Part shown: positions 27,301-35,802 of the stretch, piece by piece
Layout: each line of letters opens with the position of its first letter
Numbering within the stretch: the first letter of the stretch is position 1
NCBI GenBank assembly: GCA_965287045.1
Contig: OZ336870.1
Location: 130,448,001-130,512,000 of the forward strand
Direction: 5' to 3'
Origin: Carcharhinus amblyrhynchos
Taxonomy: Eukaryota
Length of the DNA stretch: 64,000 nucleotides
The notes under the pieces: model-generated
The model's input: only the letters and a program-made list of their open reading frames with translations
Databases searched by the model: none
Told to the model about the DNA's origin: nothing
Translations under genes and position numbers: made by a program

Positions 27301-30300
27301 TAGAAGACTACAGGAGGAGAACAAAGATAATTTCCTGAGGTTGCCAGAGATAACACAGCAGGAAGAGAAGATATTTCCAGGGCGATGCTAATATAACTGG
27401 ACTAGTTAATCAGACTCAAGCGAATGCTCTGAGGACATGGATTCAAATCCTACAATGGAATTTGAATTCAATTAATAATCTGAAATTGAAAGCTAATCTC
27501 ACTAATGAAGGCCATGAAACTATCATTGATTGTTGTAAAAACCCATCTAGTTCACAAAGGTAATTTTAGGGAAGGAAATCTGCTATCCTTATCTGCTCTG
27601 GCCTATATATGATTCCAGACCCAGAGCAATAAGGTTGACTCATAACTACCTTCTGCAATGGCCTAGCAAGGCACACTGTGCAAGGGAAATCAGGGATAGG
27701 TAACAAATGTTAGCATTGCCAGTGATGGCCACATCCCATAAAACAATAAAAGAAAGAAGCTACACTACAGCTGCAACAATATAGATATGAATAGAACCAG
27801 ACAAATGGAAATAAACTACTTTTAGTTTTAGTTTTCATGTTGAGGGAGCGATTAACCACTGCAGTCAAGATGGGGGATTCATAGAAATATAGAAAAACTA
27901 CAGCACAAATAGGCCCTTCGGCCCACAAGTTACACAGAACATGTCCCTACCTACTAGGCATACCTATAACCCTCCATCTTACTAAGTTAAGCATAATGTG
28001 GATTGTTTATACCATGGGGATGAATGTTAGTGAAATAAAACACCAGAGGGGGTGGGGTGGCAAGAAGGAGGAGGAGGAGAGAGAGAGAAAAAACAACAGA
28101 AGTCAAGGCTTCAACCACTGTCCAGAAATCTCTGCTCAAAGAAAGTGTACATGGGTGTTTGGAAAGAACAGGATAAAGCTTGTCTTTGATTCTTGTCATG
28201 TATAAATATCTGAAATGAGAATATTATGGAAATGAAATAGCCTTCATAGAGAAAACTAGACAGTAAAGAAAGTATGTCTAATAATGTTTCTTAGTCACAA
28301 CATGATTAGCAGCCTTTTATTTGACTTTTTAAAATGTCGTTTGAGTATTGCAGGAAATGGCTATTACAAGTTGTAAAGCAGGTGATCTTGTCATTTTGCT
28401 TCACTTCTCTTGCTCACTTACTAATCCAGTCTAATTGCATGAACAACACATTCAGTTTATAATGGGTGCAACTAATTTGTAAAATCTCATTCTGATCAGC
28501 ATCAAGACAGACAAGGGTAACAAAGAACCCTAATTAAAGTTATAGCAGAGTAGAACCACACTTTAATGCCAAAACTAACTTACATTTCCATCATGATTTG
28601 GGCAGGAAAGGGGTTTCCCTGCTGCTACCGCTGTGACAGTCTCCAGAATGGAGGAGTCCTCACGGTTGTTGTCTGGAGTCCGCTGAAGAACATCCATTAG
28701 GTTTGTAATGAAAAAATTATTCTGTAATGCAGAAACTCCCTTTTCAGGTAAGATAGAAGTCTGACGGCAGATTGGGCAGGAAAGAGTTAAACTGTAGGCA
28801 GGAATGTAGTTTTGCAGACACCTGTTGAGGAAGAGAAAGAGTCAATGGTGATCTGACTCCCTTGATGGAGTTTTGAAATTAATATTGACATTGGAGAGGA
28901 ATTTCACTTTCAAAATTACCAATAAAGATGGTAAAACACACTTCATTGAGACAGAAAGATGCACCTTTTCTCAATATTAATTCTTCCAATAATGAGAATA
29001 GTTTTGCAAATTGCAACAAATTATGGGATCGCAATTATAATCACATGCAGTCAACCACTAATCTCAAACAAGAAAAGCTAGACACAGGGAAGATCTTACA
29101 CTTAGGACTGAGAAACAAGTAACATTCCTTTTATGATAATATGATAATCAATTTTAACCTGACCAGTAGCTTTCTGCTATTAATAGATAGTTATCAAAAG
29201 TGCGTTTCTCTAATCTTCAGACAGTGATACATTAGAAAGGATTACATGCAACAGCCGGCTCAGAGACACCTAACTAAATGCCTATTTTAATTGAATTATT
29301 CAGTGTCACCTGACTGAAAATCAGCAACACAAGTACTCTTCTTAAAGGGCACCATTACCACAATAGTCTAAAATGTGGTCTGATTAAACAACACAAGCTT
29401 GAAGTAAAACTAGATTAGCAGATTGACAACCAACCTTGCAACTGATCTATAGACATTGCACTGGTTGCTCCAGTGTCATCAACAGGTGTACAAATTTGCA
29501 TGTGCCCCTTTATTTTAGCAAGGTGTAATTGATTTTTAAAAACTGAAATGTGAAGAAATTTGGAAAATTAAATTATAATGTTATTCTGCGTGAATGTTAA
29601 AAGCTCTATTTCCTGCAGTGTCCAATGCCTCAAATATACAAATGAGCACCCAGAATGGACAGGAGAGACAGGCAGCTTGAGTAATGATCCTGCAAATCAT
29701 ACTTGTCCATTTAATGGAAAAGGGCCAACTGATGAATTCACTAGTGTTCTTTGAACTCAACATTATAGAAAGCATTCATTTCAAATATTAGACTCTTGAT
29801 CGAGCTGTTTGAAAGAACCAAAAAGCTAATTGTTGGCCTAAATCTTGAAACCCATCCTCAAATATAAAAGGTTCAAAAGTGTTCTAATGACAGGATTCAA
29901 GGATTAGCTGGCACAATGTGAATTGACCCAGTTTGAGTTTGGAATTCAGATCTCTACTGATCCCTACTCACAATTATGAATTGTTTCTTTTTGGCTTATG
30001 CAGCACAGTACAGTACTTTGCTTGGTGTACAACAATTTCAAAGCAGAGCTATTGTTCTGTGTTCTTAGCCATTAGAATTAAATAGAAAGAAAATATATAA
30101 TGTTTCATCTCTGATTTCCTTGTAAAATATAGTTACATAAGTTTGAAGCAAAAATAAATCTGTGTTTTTAGCCTGCTGATGCTATCAGTCAAAATGAGCT
30201 TTACTGACACTACTGAAGAGAATACAATTATCAATTGCAAGTCAGTGCATTAATCCCTCTCTGTTAATTGGCTAGCTTTTAAATCAACTTTTAGACATGG

Positions 30301-33300
30301 ACAATTTACCAAACAGCAGATCCTGGAGCAGGAGCTCTTGAAGCAGCCTGTATGCTATAAAAATCTCAGTAAGTTATAATAGAGTCCTAATATTTCCTCC
30401 AATAAATAAACCTATTTTTCTTCAGGTTTAAAATGTTAAAATAAATAAGAAACAGTATTAATTACCAAGGCCATTGATTTACCATGTTAGTGGAAATTAT
30501 AATCACAGAACATCATTGACAATAATTCCCTCTAATAAAACTGACATTTGACAGGTTCAATTACCACAAACCAGGGGAAGTAATTAAAATGGCAAAATGC
30601 ATTTGAATGTAAACCCAAAATAGTAAAATCTTCAGAACCCTGTGCAACAAAAATAGGAATTTAACTTTGCCATTGTAGAACAGTTGCCTTGCTAATATTT
30701 TTGAAATCATTTTCCTTTTGTTAATTCAAGTATTCTGACTTCATCCCTCATCCTGGCAGCAGCCTAAGATTAAACCAGTTTATTTGCAACCTTGGTGTAA
30801 TGTTTGATCCCCAGATTATCTTCTGACCTCATATTCGTGCCATCACTAAGACCATCTATTTCCAACTCCCATTGCCCTACCTCAGTTCACCTGCTGTTGA
30901 AAACCTCAATCGTGTCTTTGTTACCTCTAAGCATCGTTATTCTAATGGTCTCCTGTCGGGTCTCTCAGTCTATTCTGTAAACATGAGCTCTTTCAAAACT
31001 CTGCCCATGTTATAACTGGCAGCAAGTCCTGTTCCCCTATCACTCTATGCTGCAATGTAGTTCAGAAAGCAATGTCTTGACTTTAAAATTCTCTTTCTTG
31101 TATTCAAATCCCATTGACTTTGCCTCTCCCTCCCTCTATAATCTCCTCCAGCCCCAAAACCCTCTTTTGATATCTGCATTCCTCTAATTTTGGCCTTGTG
31201 GTTCCACAGTTTTAATCCCTGCACCACTGGTGGCCATGCCCTCAGTTCAGTAGGATCCAAGCATTGAAATTCCTATCCTACACCTTTCTCTCTCTAATTC
31301 ACGTTCTTAAGACCCTCCTTTTTAACCAAAGTTTTTTGTTTATATGATGTCATAACTCATTCTGTGGCTCGTGTCGTACTTTGTTGGATAATGCTCCTGT
31401 AAAGTGCCTTGGCACGTTTCGTTACATTAAAGGCGCTATATAAATGTAAGCTGTTGTAATAGCTAACATTCCTTCTCTGCTCTGGGATATACCGCGCAGT
31501 GGACAAACAGCTCATACACAAGTAGTATTATTTTTAAGATGGGCATGTATACATAGGTCATACACAGCGAAGAGAAATTAGAGGGAACAGTGGTGATAAA
31601 TTATCACATACAATATTAAAAATTACATATAATGTTAACCTTTCAGCTACATTGATACAAAAATTATCTGCAAATAAGCAGAGTCTCTAGATAAGTGAAG
31701 CTGTCCATATTTCATTGTTATGTGAAATGCAGGGTCCATTTTTCAGGTGGTTTCCTAATGTGGCAGAGAGGAAGTACTCACATTTTACAAACTAGAAGTG
31801 CCTTGCCTGCCACTGTTGTTAAAGTGAATAAATCAGTGTGAAGTGCCCAGGCTGGAAAATCGTAATGGGAAGAAGCCATTCAGCTCCTCAAACCATTCAA
31901 TGAGATCATGGCTGTTCTGTATCCTATCCTCACCCACATATCTTAAAAACATTTGGCTAGTAAAAATATATCACACGCAAATGTAAAATTATTTATTCAG
32001 CTAACACTTATTGCTACTTGTGTTGAAACAGGTGTTAAACCCTTTGCATGTGGAAATAAGGAGCCTAACAACACATGAGAGCCTCTTTGCAAGATTGGTC
32101 TGCCTCAGGAAGACCAGGTCTACATGCAGGACCGTGCTGCAAATAATAAGATAATATTTCAAAAGCATACTCACCTCAGTGTGGAGCTAGAAGGAACAGG
32201 AATCAGTTCCACTCCATATTCAACTTAGTGTGCCCTCCTGATTATCTCCCTTCCCAGTCCACTACTTCACTTATCGGCCTTTTGGCTAAGATCAAGTGTA
32301 GTATCAACATGCTGTGCTTGGTTGAAGTCATTAGGTTACGTTTTAGCTTTGTTTGAAGTAATTTTTAAAAGCGGCATCTCGACCTTTTGACTAAGATGCA
32401 AATGAGATCAAGCCTTAGAGGAGGAGCTATGCTTGCTCCAATCAGCTTGGATGATGTAGATCAAACCCAAGACAGGAGGTGAGAGCCCTGTCTTGTCAGC
32501 TTGGATCGGGAATGTCTCAACTTGTTCAGACTCTGAGTTGGACTTGATTTGATTGAATTGGAATAAAAACAAAATTAAAAAAACATGAAAAAAAACTTCT
32601 TCACTTACCCAAGAGCTGTTGCGACATGAAAAACAGGCAAATCATCAATCGCACTTGTCACCCAGCTGCCTGTTGCTATTGGCAGTTTGGTGCTCAATGT
32701 AAGTGAGGCCGAAGGCTAAGTATCAGGGTGCTTCAGGCCTTACCGTACAATGGTTATACATGAATTTCTAGCTTCATGTATAAATCATACCATTATCTCT
32801 GAATGTGATTTGTTCCCAAAAGGTATGACTCAGGCAACACAAGGGTTCAGTTAGTCAAACTCAGTGCATTTCAGCTACAGCTGGCATGCTTTGGTGTAAA
32901 GTATGTAGTGTCACATGGGTACCTTTTCAGCAATATCAGTCAGTAACTTCTAATTACATTATTACCTTTGCTTTTGTGTTCTGCACAGGAACACAAGAAG
33001 GAAAGCCATTCAGACCATCTTAAATCACCTATCCAGGAAATCCTACATCACATCCTTCCTCCAAGGCATTCAGTTGTTCCTTAAAGGATTCCAGGATTTT
33101 CAATTCCACTATCCTAAGCAGTAGTCCATTCACATCCTAACAATTCACGTTATGAAGAACTTCCTGACATCCAATCCCAGTTTACCTTCCAGTAGTTTAA
33201 ACTTCTGTCCCCTTGTCCTCCTTATTACAGTTCACTTTGCAGTGTTTTCCATATTTACCTTTTCTGCATTATTTATGACTTTATGCACCTTCCACCCCAG

Positions 33301-35269
33301 ACATACTCTCTTCCACCTTCCGCTGGGAAAAAGATACAAAAGTCTGAGGTTACATAGCAATCGACTCAAGAACAGCTTCTTCCCTGCCACCATTAGACTT
33401 TTGAATGGACCTACTATATATTAAGCTGACCTTTCTCTACGCCTTAGCTATGACTGTAACACTACATTCTGCACTCTCTCCTTTCCTACTCCCCTATATA
33501 CTCTATGAATGGTATACTTTGTCTGAATAGCACGCAAAAAACAATACTTTTCACTGTATCCCAATACATATGATAATAATAAATCAAATCAAATCTATAA
33601 AGCCATCACTTGATTAGTTGCAGACTTTGTTCCATGGGCAGGTTGGTAACTTTACTGCAGTCATTGTATTCACGGGTCACTCATACTTCTCAGAGCTGCT
33701 AGTTATCAGAAGCACAATAAACCTTTTTGGTTAAACCTCAAAATGGTCATGAAATTTTCAGTCTAATATTGGCCCATGAAAACGTGGTGCTATAAAACTA
33801 TAGAGTAGATCATGGCAACAAGGATTCAAGCCAATAGTCCTGTCAGCAAGCACTGCTATATTTCTATATTGATTTTTTAAAATTGCACTATACTTAATAA
33901 TTTTGACAATCTAGATTTGAAAACTTGGTCTTTTAAAATAAAGTACAGCTTTACAATAAATGTAAATTATAATGCAAGTCATCAAATCTTGTAGCAATTC
34001 TTCTATGTGTCTATATTCCAGTCTTTCAGAAACAGCCTGTCACTGGGTAGGACTCAGTGATACAATACTGCAAGAGGAGCATTATTGGCAGTAACTCTGC
34101 ACTATGATTTAGTAGTTCACAGTTTAGTAAAAGTATTAACATTTTGGTAGTGTTGAGGAACTTTAGCTGGCATTGAGTAAGCCAGTGTACATTGTACAGG
34201 TTACTGGAATACATGTTGTAAAATAAAATCTCATTTTACGAATGAAGTACTCACAAGAAATTGACCTAGTGTTCATTGTCAATAAATCTGTGTTGATGTT
34301 AGCAGAACTGTGAAAAAGGATATGTTTAGCCACATCCTTTTTTTCCTGGAACCCAGACTCCAGACGGATATCTGACACCTTGTATTGAACCAATTTAATG
34401 GAGGAAACAAGAGATTCAAGAGCCACAAATGTTCATTCATGAAATGAAGATGAAGCTTTCATTACCCTGAACACTGCATTACATTCATCTTGTTAATTAA
34501 TTCAGTCGAGATGTTTTGTGCCATAGTAAAGACTTCACATCAATGTCAGGTTCTTATAAATTCAGAAACTAAGTGATATACCATCAGAATTTAATACAAT
34601 AAACACTGTATATGGCAAACAGTAAGCTATAATTCTGGATAATGTAGAATATGGCATAAGTCTATATAAGACTAGAGAACAAAAGGCCATTTGATGCAAT
34701 AAGTTTGTGTGTTTGTTAGGTTGGACCAAGCGTTGTTCTTTAAAAGCTGTCCTGTTATAGGAAACATTAATGTTGTCAACTTTGCTTCCAATTTCCACCC
34801 CTCTTCAGTTTCACGTGATCCATCTCAACTCTTCCCTTCCCTTCTTTATCTTCTCTGTCTCCATTTCTGGCAATAGTGTATCGACAAATATTCACTATTA
34901 GTCCTCTGACTTCCACAGCTACCAGTCAGGTTCTAATAAATTCACTGCTTCAAAAGCAAAAACCTAAATCTCTGATTTTGATCATTTGTAGACAAGTTAT
35001 AGCCATCTACAGAAAGGGACACAGCAGCATTAAAACAGCACCTTACTCTCAAATTTTTTTCAGTGTAATGCATAATGTAATGAAGTATAGCCTTTGAGGA
35101 AATTTTTCAGTCAAGTTAGGAAGGAAGTCACCTACCTCTCACAAAAGGTGTGTAAACAAGGAAGGACTTTAGGAATTTTGTAACGATCCAGACAGATGCT
35201 GCAGATCAGAAACTGTTTGTCAATCTGGCGTACCACAGGACTGGTAATGTTCGAGCCGTCACTGGCCAT
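1792..35269 (-). CDS. TRIM2: TRIM2 tripartite motif E3 ubiquitin ligase (spliced, 9 coding exons in window, 3'-partial; last NHL exons lie beyond position 1)
   Basis: Spliced translation [50 protein letters not shown]...DFHNHSVK closely follows vertebrate TRIM2 ([41 protein letters not shown] favour TRIM2 over TRIM3); all introns GT-AG with compatible phases. Confidence 0.96.
3853..4035 (+). mobile_element. 5'-truncated V-SINE
   Basis: GATTGGCCATGCTAAATTGCC...GGCCTCCTTCTGCACTGTA is homologous to the 3' half of 6803-7133. Confidence 0.8.
4683..4851 (-). CDS. TRIM2: TRIM2 coding exon 8 (NHL repeat), 169 nt; alternative donor extends it to 4671
   Basis: TGACAG|ACT AAG; [56 protein letters not shown]; donor G|GTACAC, second in-frame donor G|GTAATA 12 nt further. 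Confidence 0.94.
5452..5840 (-). mobile_element. DeuSINE (SacSINE1-like) relic
   Basis: Reverse complement reads TCTGAGTCAGAAG...AAGTCCCACTCTAGAG...TTGAGACATTAAACC...GTGGATGTTAAAGATCC, with an L2-like tail; homologous to 38138-38930 and 47150-47340. Confidence 0.65.
6803..7133 (+). mobile_element. tRNA-derived V-SINE with CR1-like tail, nested in an older degenerate element (about 6030-7490)
   Basis: Head GCACAGCAGTTAGCACTGCTGCCTC, GTGTGGAGTTTGCATATTCTCCCC body, tail GGGCCGAATGGCATCCTTCTGCACTGTAGGGTTTCTATGA. Confidence 0.85.
8006..8173 (-). CDS. TRIM2: TRIM2 coding exon 7 (NHL repeat), 168 nt
   Basis: CTCTAG|ATT TTC; [56 protein letters not shown]; donor AAG|GTAAGC. Confidence 0.96.
9327..9352. 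repeat. (GA)n microsatellite
   Basis: Run of about 13 GA units; a similar purine tract lies at about 2342-2380. Confidence 0.9.
9516..9619 (-). CDS. TRIM2: TRIM2 coding exon 6 (NHL repeat), 104 nt
   Basis: TGCAG|GA ACT AAA; [34 protein letters not shown]; donor CAG|GTGAGG. Confidence 0.96.
12057..12789 (-). CDS. TRIM2: TRIM2 coding exon 5 (coiled coil, filamin domain, linker), 733 nt
   Basis: Lies within ORF 12049-12819; TACAG|GTT CTC CAA ... AGA GTT G|GTATGT; [14 protein letters not shown]...[13 protein letters not shown]. Confidence 0.97.
15397..16270 (-). mobile_element. Old CR1 LINE 3' relic
   Basis: Begins with a CATAGAATGATACAGCAC tail-type motif; degenerate similarity to the reverse complement of the better preserved CR1 copies in the window. 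Confidence 0.5.
17987..18167 (-). CDS. TRIM2: TRIM2 coding exon 4 (coiled coil), 181 nt
   Basis: CACAG|G TTG CCT; encodes [60 protein letters not shown]; donor |GTAAGA. Confidence 0.96.
19820..20700 (-). mobile_element. Degenerate CR1 LINE RT fragment
   Basis: TTTGTCATCAGCAAATT is the reverse complement of KFADDK (RT catalytic motif); further RT-like segments are broken by stops. Confidence 0.65.
21375..22290. mobile_element. Two adjacent CR1 fragments in opposite orientation (about 21375-21745 minus, about 21775-22290 plus)
   Basis: Minus-strand ORF contains [12 protein letters not shown] as in the 50285-50848 ORF; the plus part ends in the CR1 tail GAATGGCCTG...GTGCTG...TTCTATG. Confidence 0.65.
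22542..22721 (+). mobile_element. 5'-truncated second copy of the U2-headed SINE-like element
   Basis: Aligns to 32397-32574 with about 12 substitutions over about 170 nt and ends in the same AATAAA/A-rich tail. Confidence 0.85.
24109..24226. repeat. Palindromic mini-element with perfect 24-bp inverted arms (Penelope-terminus-like)
   Basis: AGAAAATGTTGGAGAAACTCAGCA (24109-24132) is the exact reverse complement of 24203-24226; inner GAACGTTAACTC resembles the end of the Penelope relic at about 37000. Confidence 0.85.
24244..24395 (-). CDS. TRIM2: TRIM2 coding exon 3 (B-box), 152 nt
   Basis: TCCAG|GTG ATG GAG; encodes [50 protein letters not shown]; donor AG|GTAAGT. Confidence 0.96.
25290..26975 (+). 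mobile_element. Degraded CR1 LINE ORF2, apparently inserted into a minus-strand L2 relic (about 25186-25290 and 26980-27380)
   Basis: RT motifs [40 protein letters not shown] in broken frames; CR1 tail GAATGGCCTACT...TATGTT; L2 tail reverse complement at about 25186. Confidence 0.8.
27380..27752 (+). mobile_element. tRNA-derived SINE with conserved central domain (MetaSINE-like)
   Basis: B-box-like GGATTCAAATCC; central GTTGTAAAAACCCATCTAGTTCAC...TTAGGGAAGGAAATCTGC...CCAGACCC; tail shared with the LINE at 42590-43745; family name from memory. Confidence 0.65.
28584..28821 (-). CDS. TRIM2: TRIM2 coding exon 2 (RING C-part to B-box start), 238 nt
   Basis: CAACAG|G TGT CTG CAA AAC...; encodes [49 protein letters not shown]...CPNHDGN; donor |GTAAGT. 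Confidence 0.96.
30735..31458 (+). mobile_element. L2-clade LINE 3' relic
   Basis: NLGVMFD-like RT C-terminal coding and L2-type end TGTAAAGTGCCTTGG...AAAGGCGCTATATAAATGTAAG. Confidence 0.7.
32274..32305 (+). pseudogene. U2 snRNA 5' fragment (nt 9-40), head of a retroposon
   Basis: TCGGCCTTTTGGCTAAGATCAAGTGTAGTATC matches vertebrate U2 nt 9-40 exactly, including the GTAGTA branch-point recognition sequence; the rest of U2 does not follow. Confidence 0.9.
32274..32594 (+). mobile_element. U2 snRNA-headed SINE-like retroposon (near full-length copy)
   Basis: U2 head, unique body, AATAAA plus A-rich tail, flanking ACTACTTCACTTA/ACTTCTTCACTTA duplication; second copy at 22542-22721. Confidence 0.8.
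33288..33595 (+). mobile_element. Rex1/Babar-like LINE 3' end
   Basis: Encodes [38 protein letters not shown]; ends in AATAAA(TCAAA)n tail. Confidence 0.8.
34565..34924 (+). repeat. 360-bp local direct copy of 35597-35946
   Basis: Colinear high similarity between the two segments; the copy is flanked by a 20-bp duplication at 34545-34564 and 34925-34944. Confidence 0.9.
35136..35269 (-). CDS. TRIM2: TRIM2 coding exon 1 (start codon, RING N-part; exon acceptor at 35314)
   Basis: ATG at 35269-35267 in strong context (AGG ATG G); encodes [44 protein letters not shown]; donor AG|GTAGG at 35135; upstream acceptor CTTTCAG| at 35315. Confidence 0.95.
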
Positions 35270-35802
35270 CCTAATGCACTGACATATGGGTCCAGTTTGC
35301 CCTCATCCAGCACACTGAAAGAAAGGGTAAAGAAAACAATAGAAATTAACTTCTAAAATATAAAACAAAGTTCACTTGCAGCTTATTTGTTTACAAACCT
35401 TGTCACGACTTCAAGTTAATCTTCTATCAACAGATAAAATGTAAAAACAGTGTGATAGGATTTTTTGAAACAATTGTCTGACATGTGACTATGTAATAGA
35501 TTAACAAAGGCGAGAGAAGATCATTGGAGTCACCGTTGTCAGACTACCACAACCAGCAGCTAACCAAAGTACTGCTAAAAGTGTCATAAACAGCAGAGAA
35601 ACTAAGTGACATGCCATTAGAATTTAGTACAATAAACACTGGATATGGCAAACAGTAAGCTATTACTCTGGATAGTGTAGAATATGACATAAGTCCATTT
35701 AAGACTAAACAAAAGGCTATTTGGCCCAATAGGTTTGTGTGTTTGTTAGGTTGGACACCAAGAGTTGTCCTTTAAAAGCTCCCGTTATATGAAACATCAA
35801 TG

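Noticed and set aside
32274-32305. Functional U2 snRNA gene
   Set aside because: Only nt 9-40 are present; no Sm site or 3' stem-loops in register; embedded in a TSD-flanked, A-tailed insertion
32404-32507. CRISPR-like repeat-spacer array
   Set aside because: Only two units, inside a eukaryotic retroposon, with no associated genes; better explained as a duplicated hairpin module
35303-35305. Selenocysteine recoding of the in-frame TGA
   Set aside because: The 3' UTR is outside the window so no SECIS can be assessed; the aligned residue appears to be Ser rather than Cys; a 5' UTR interpretation is simpler
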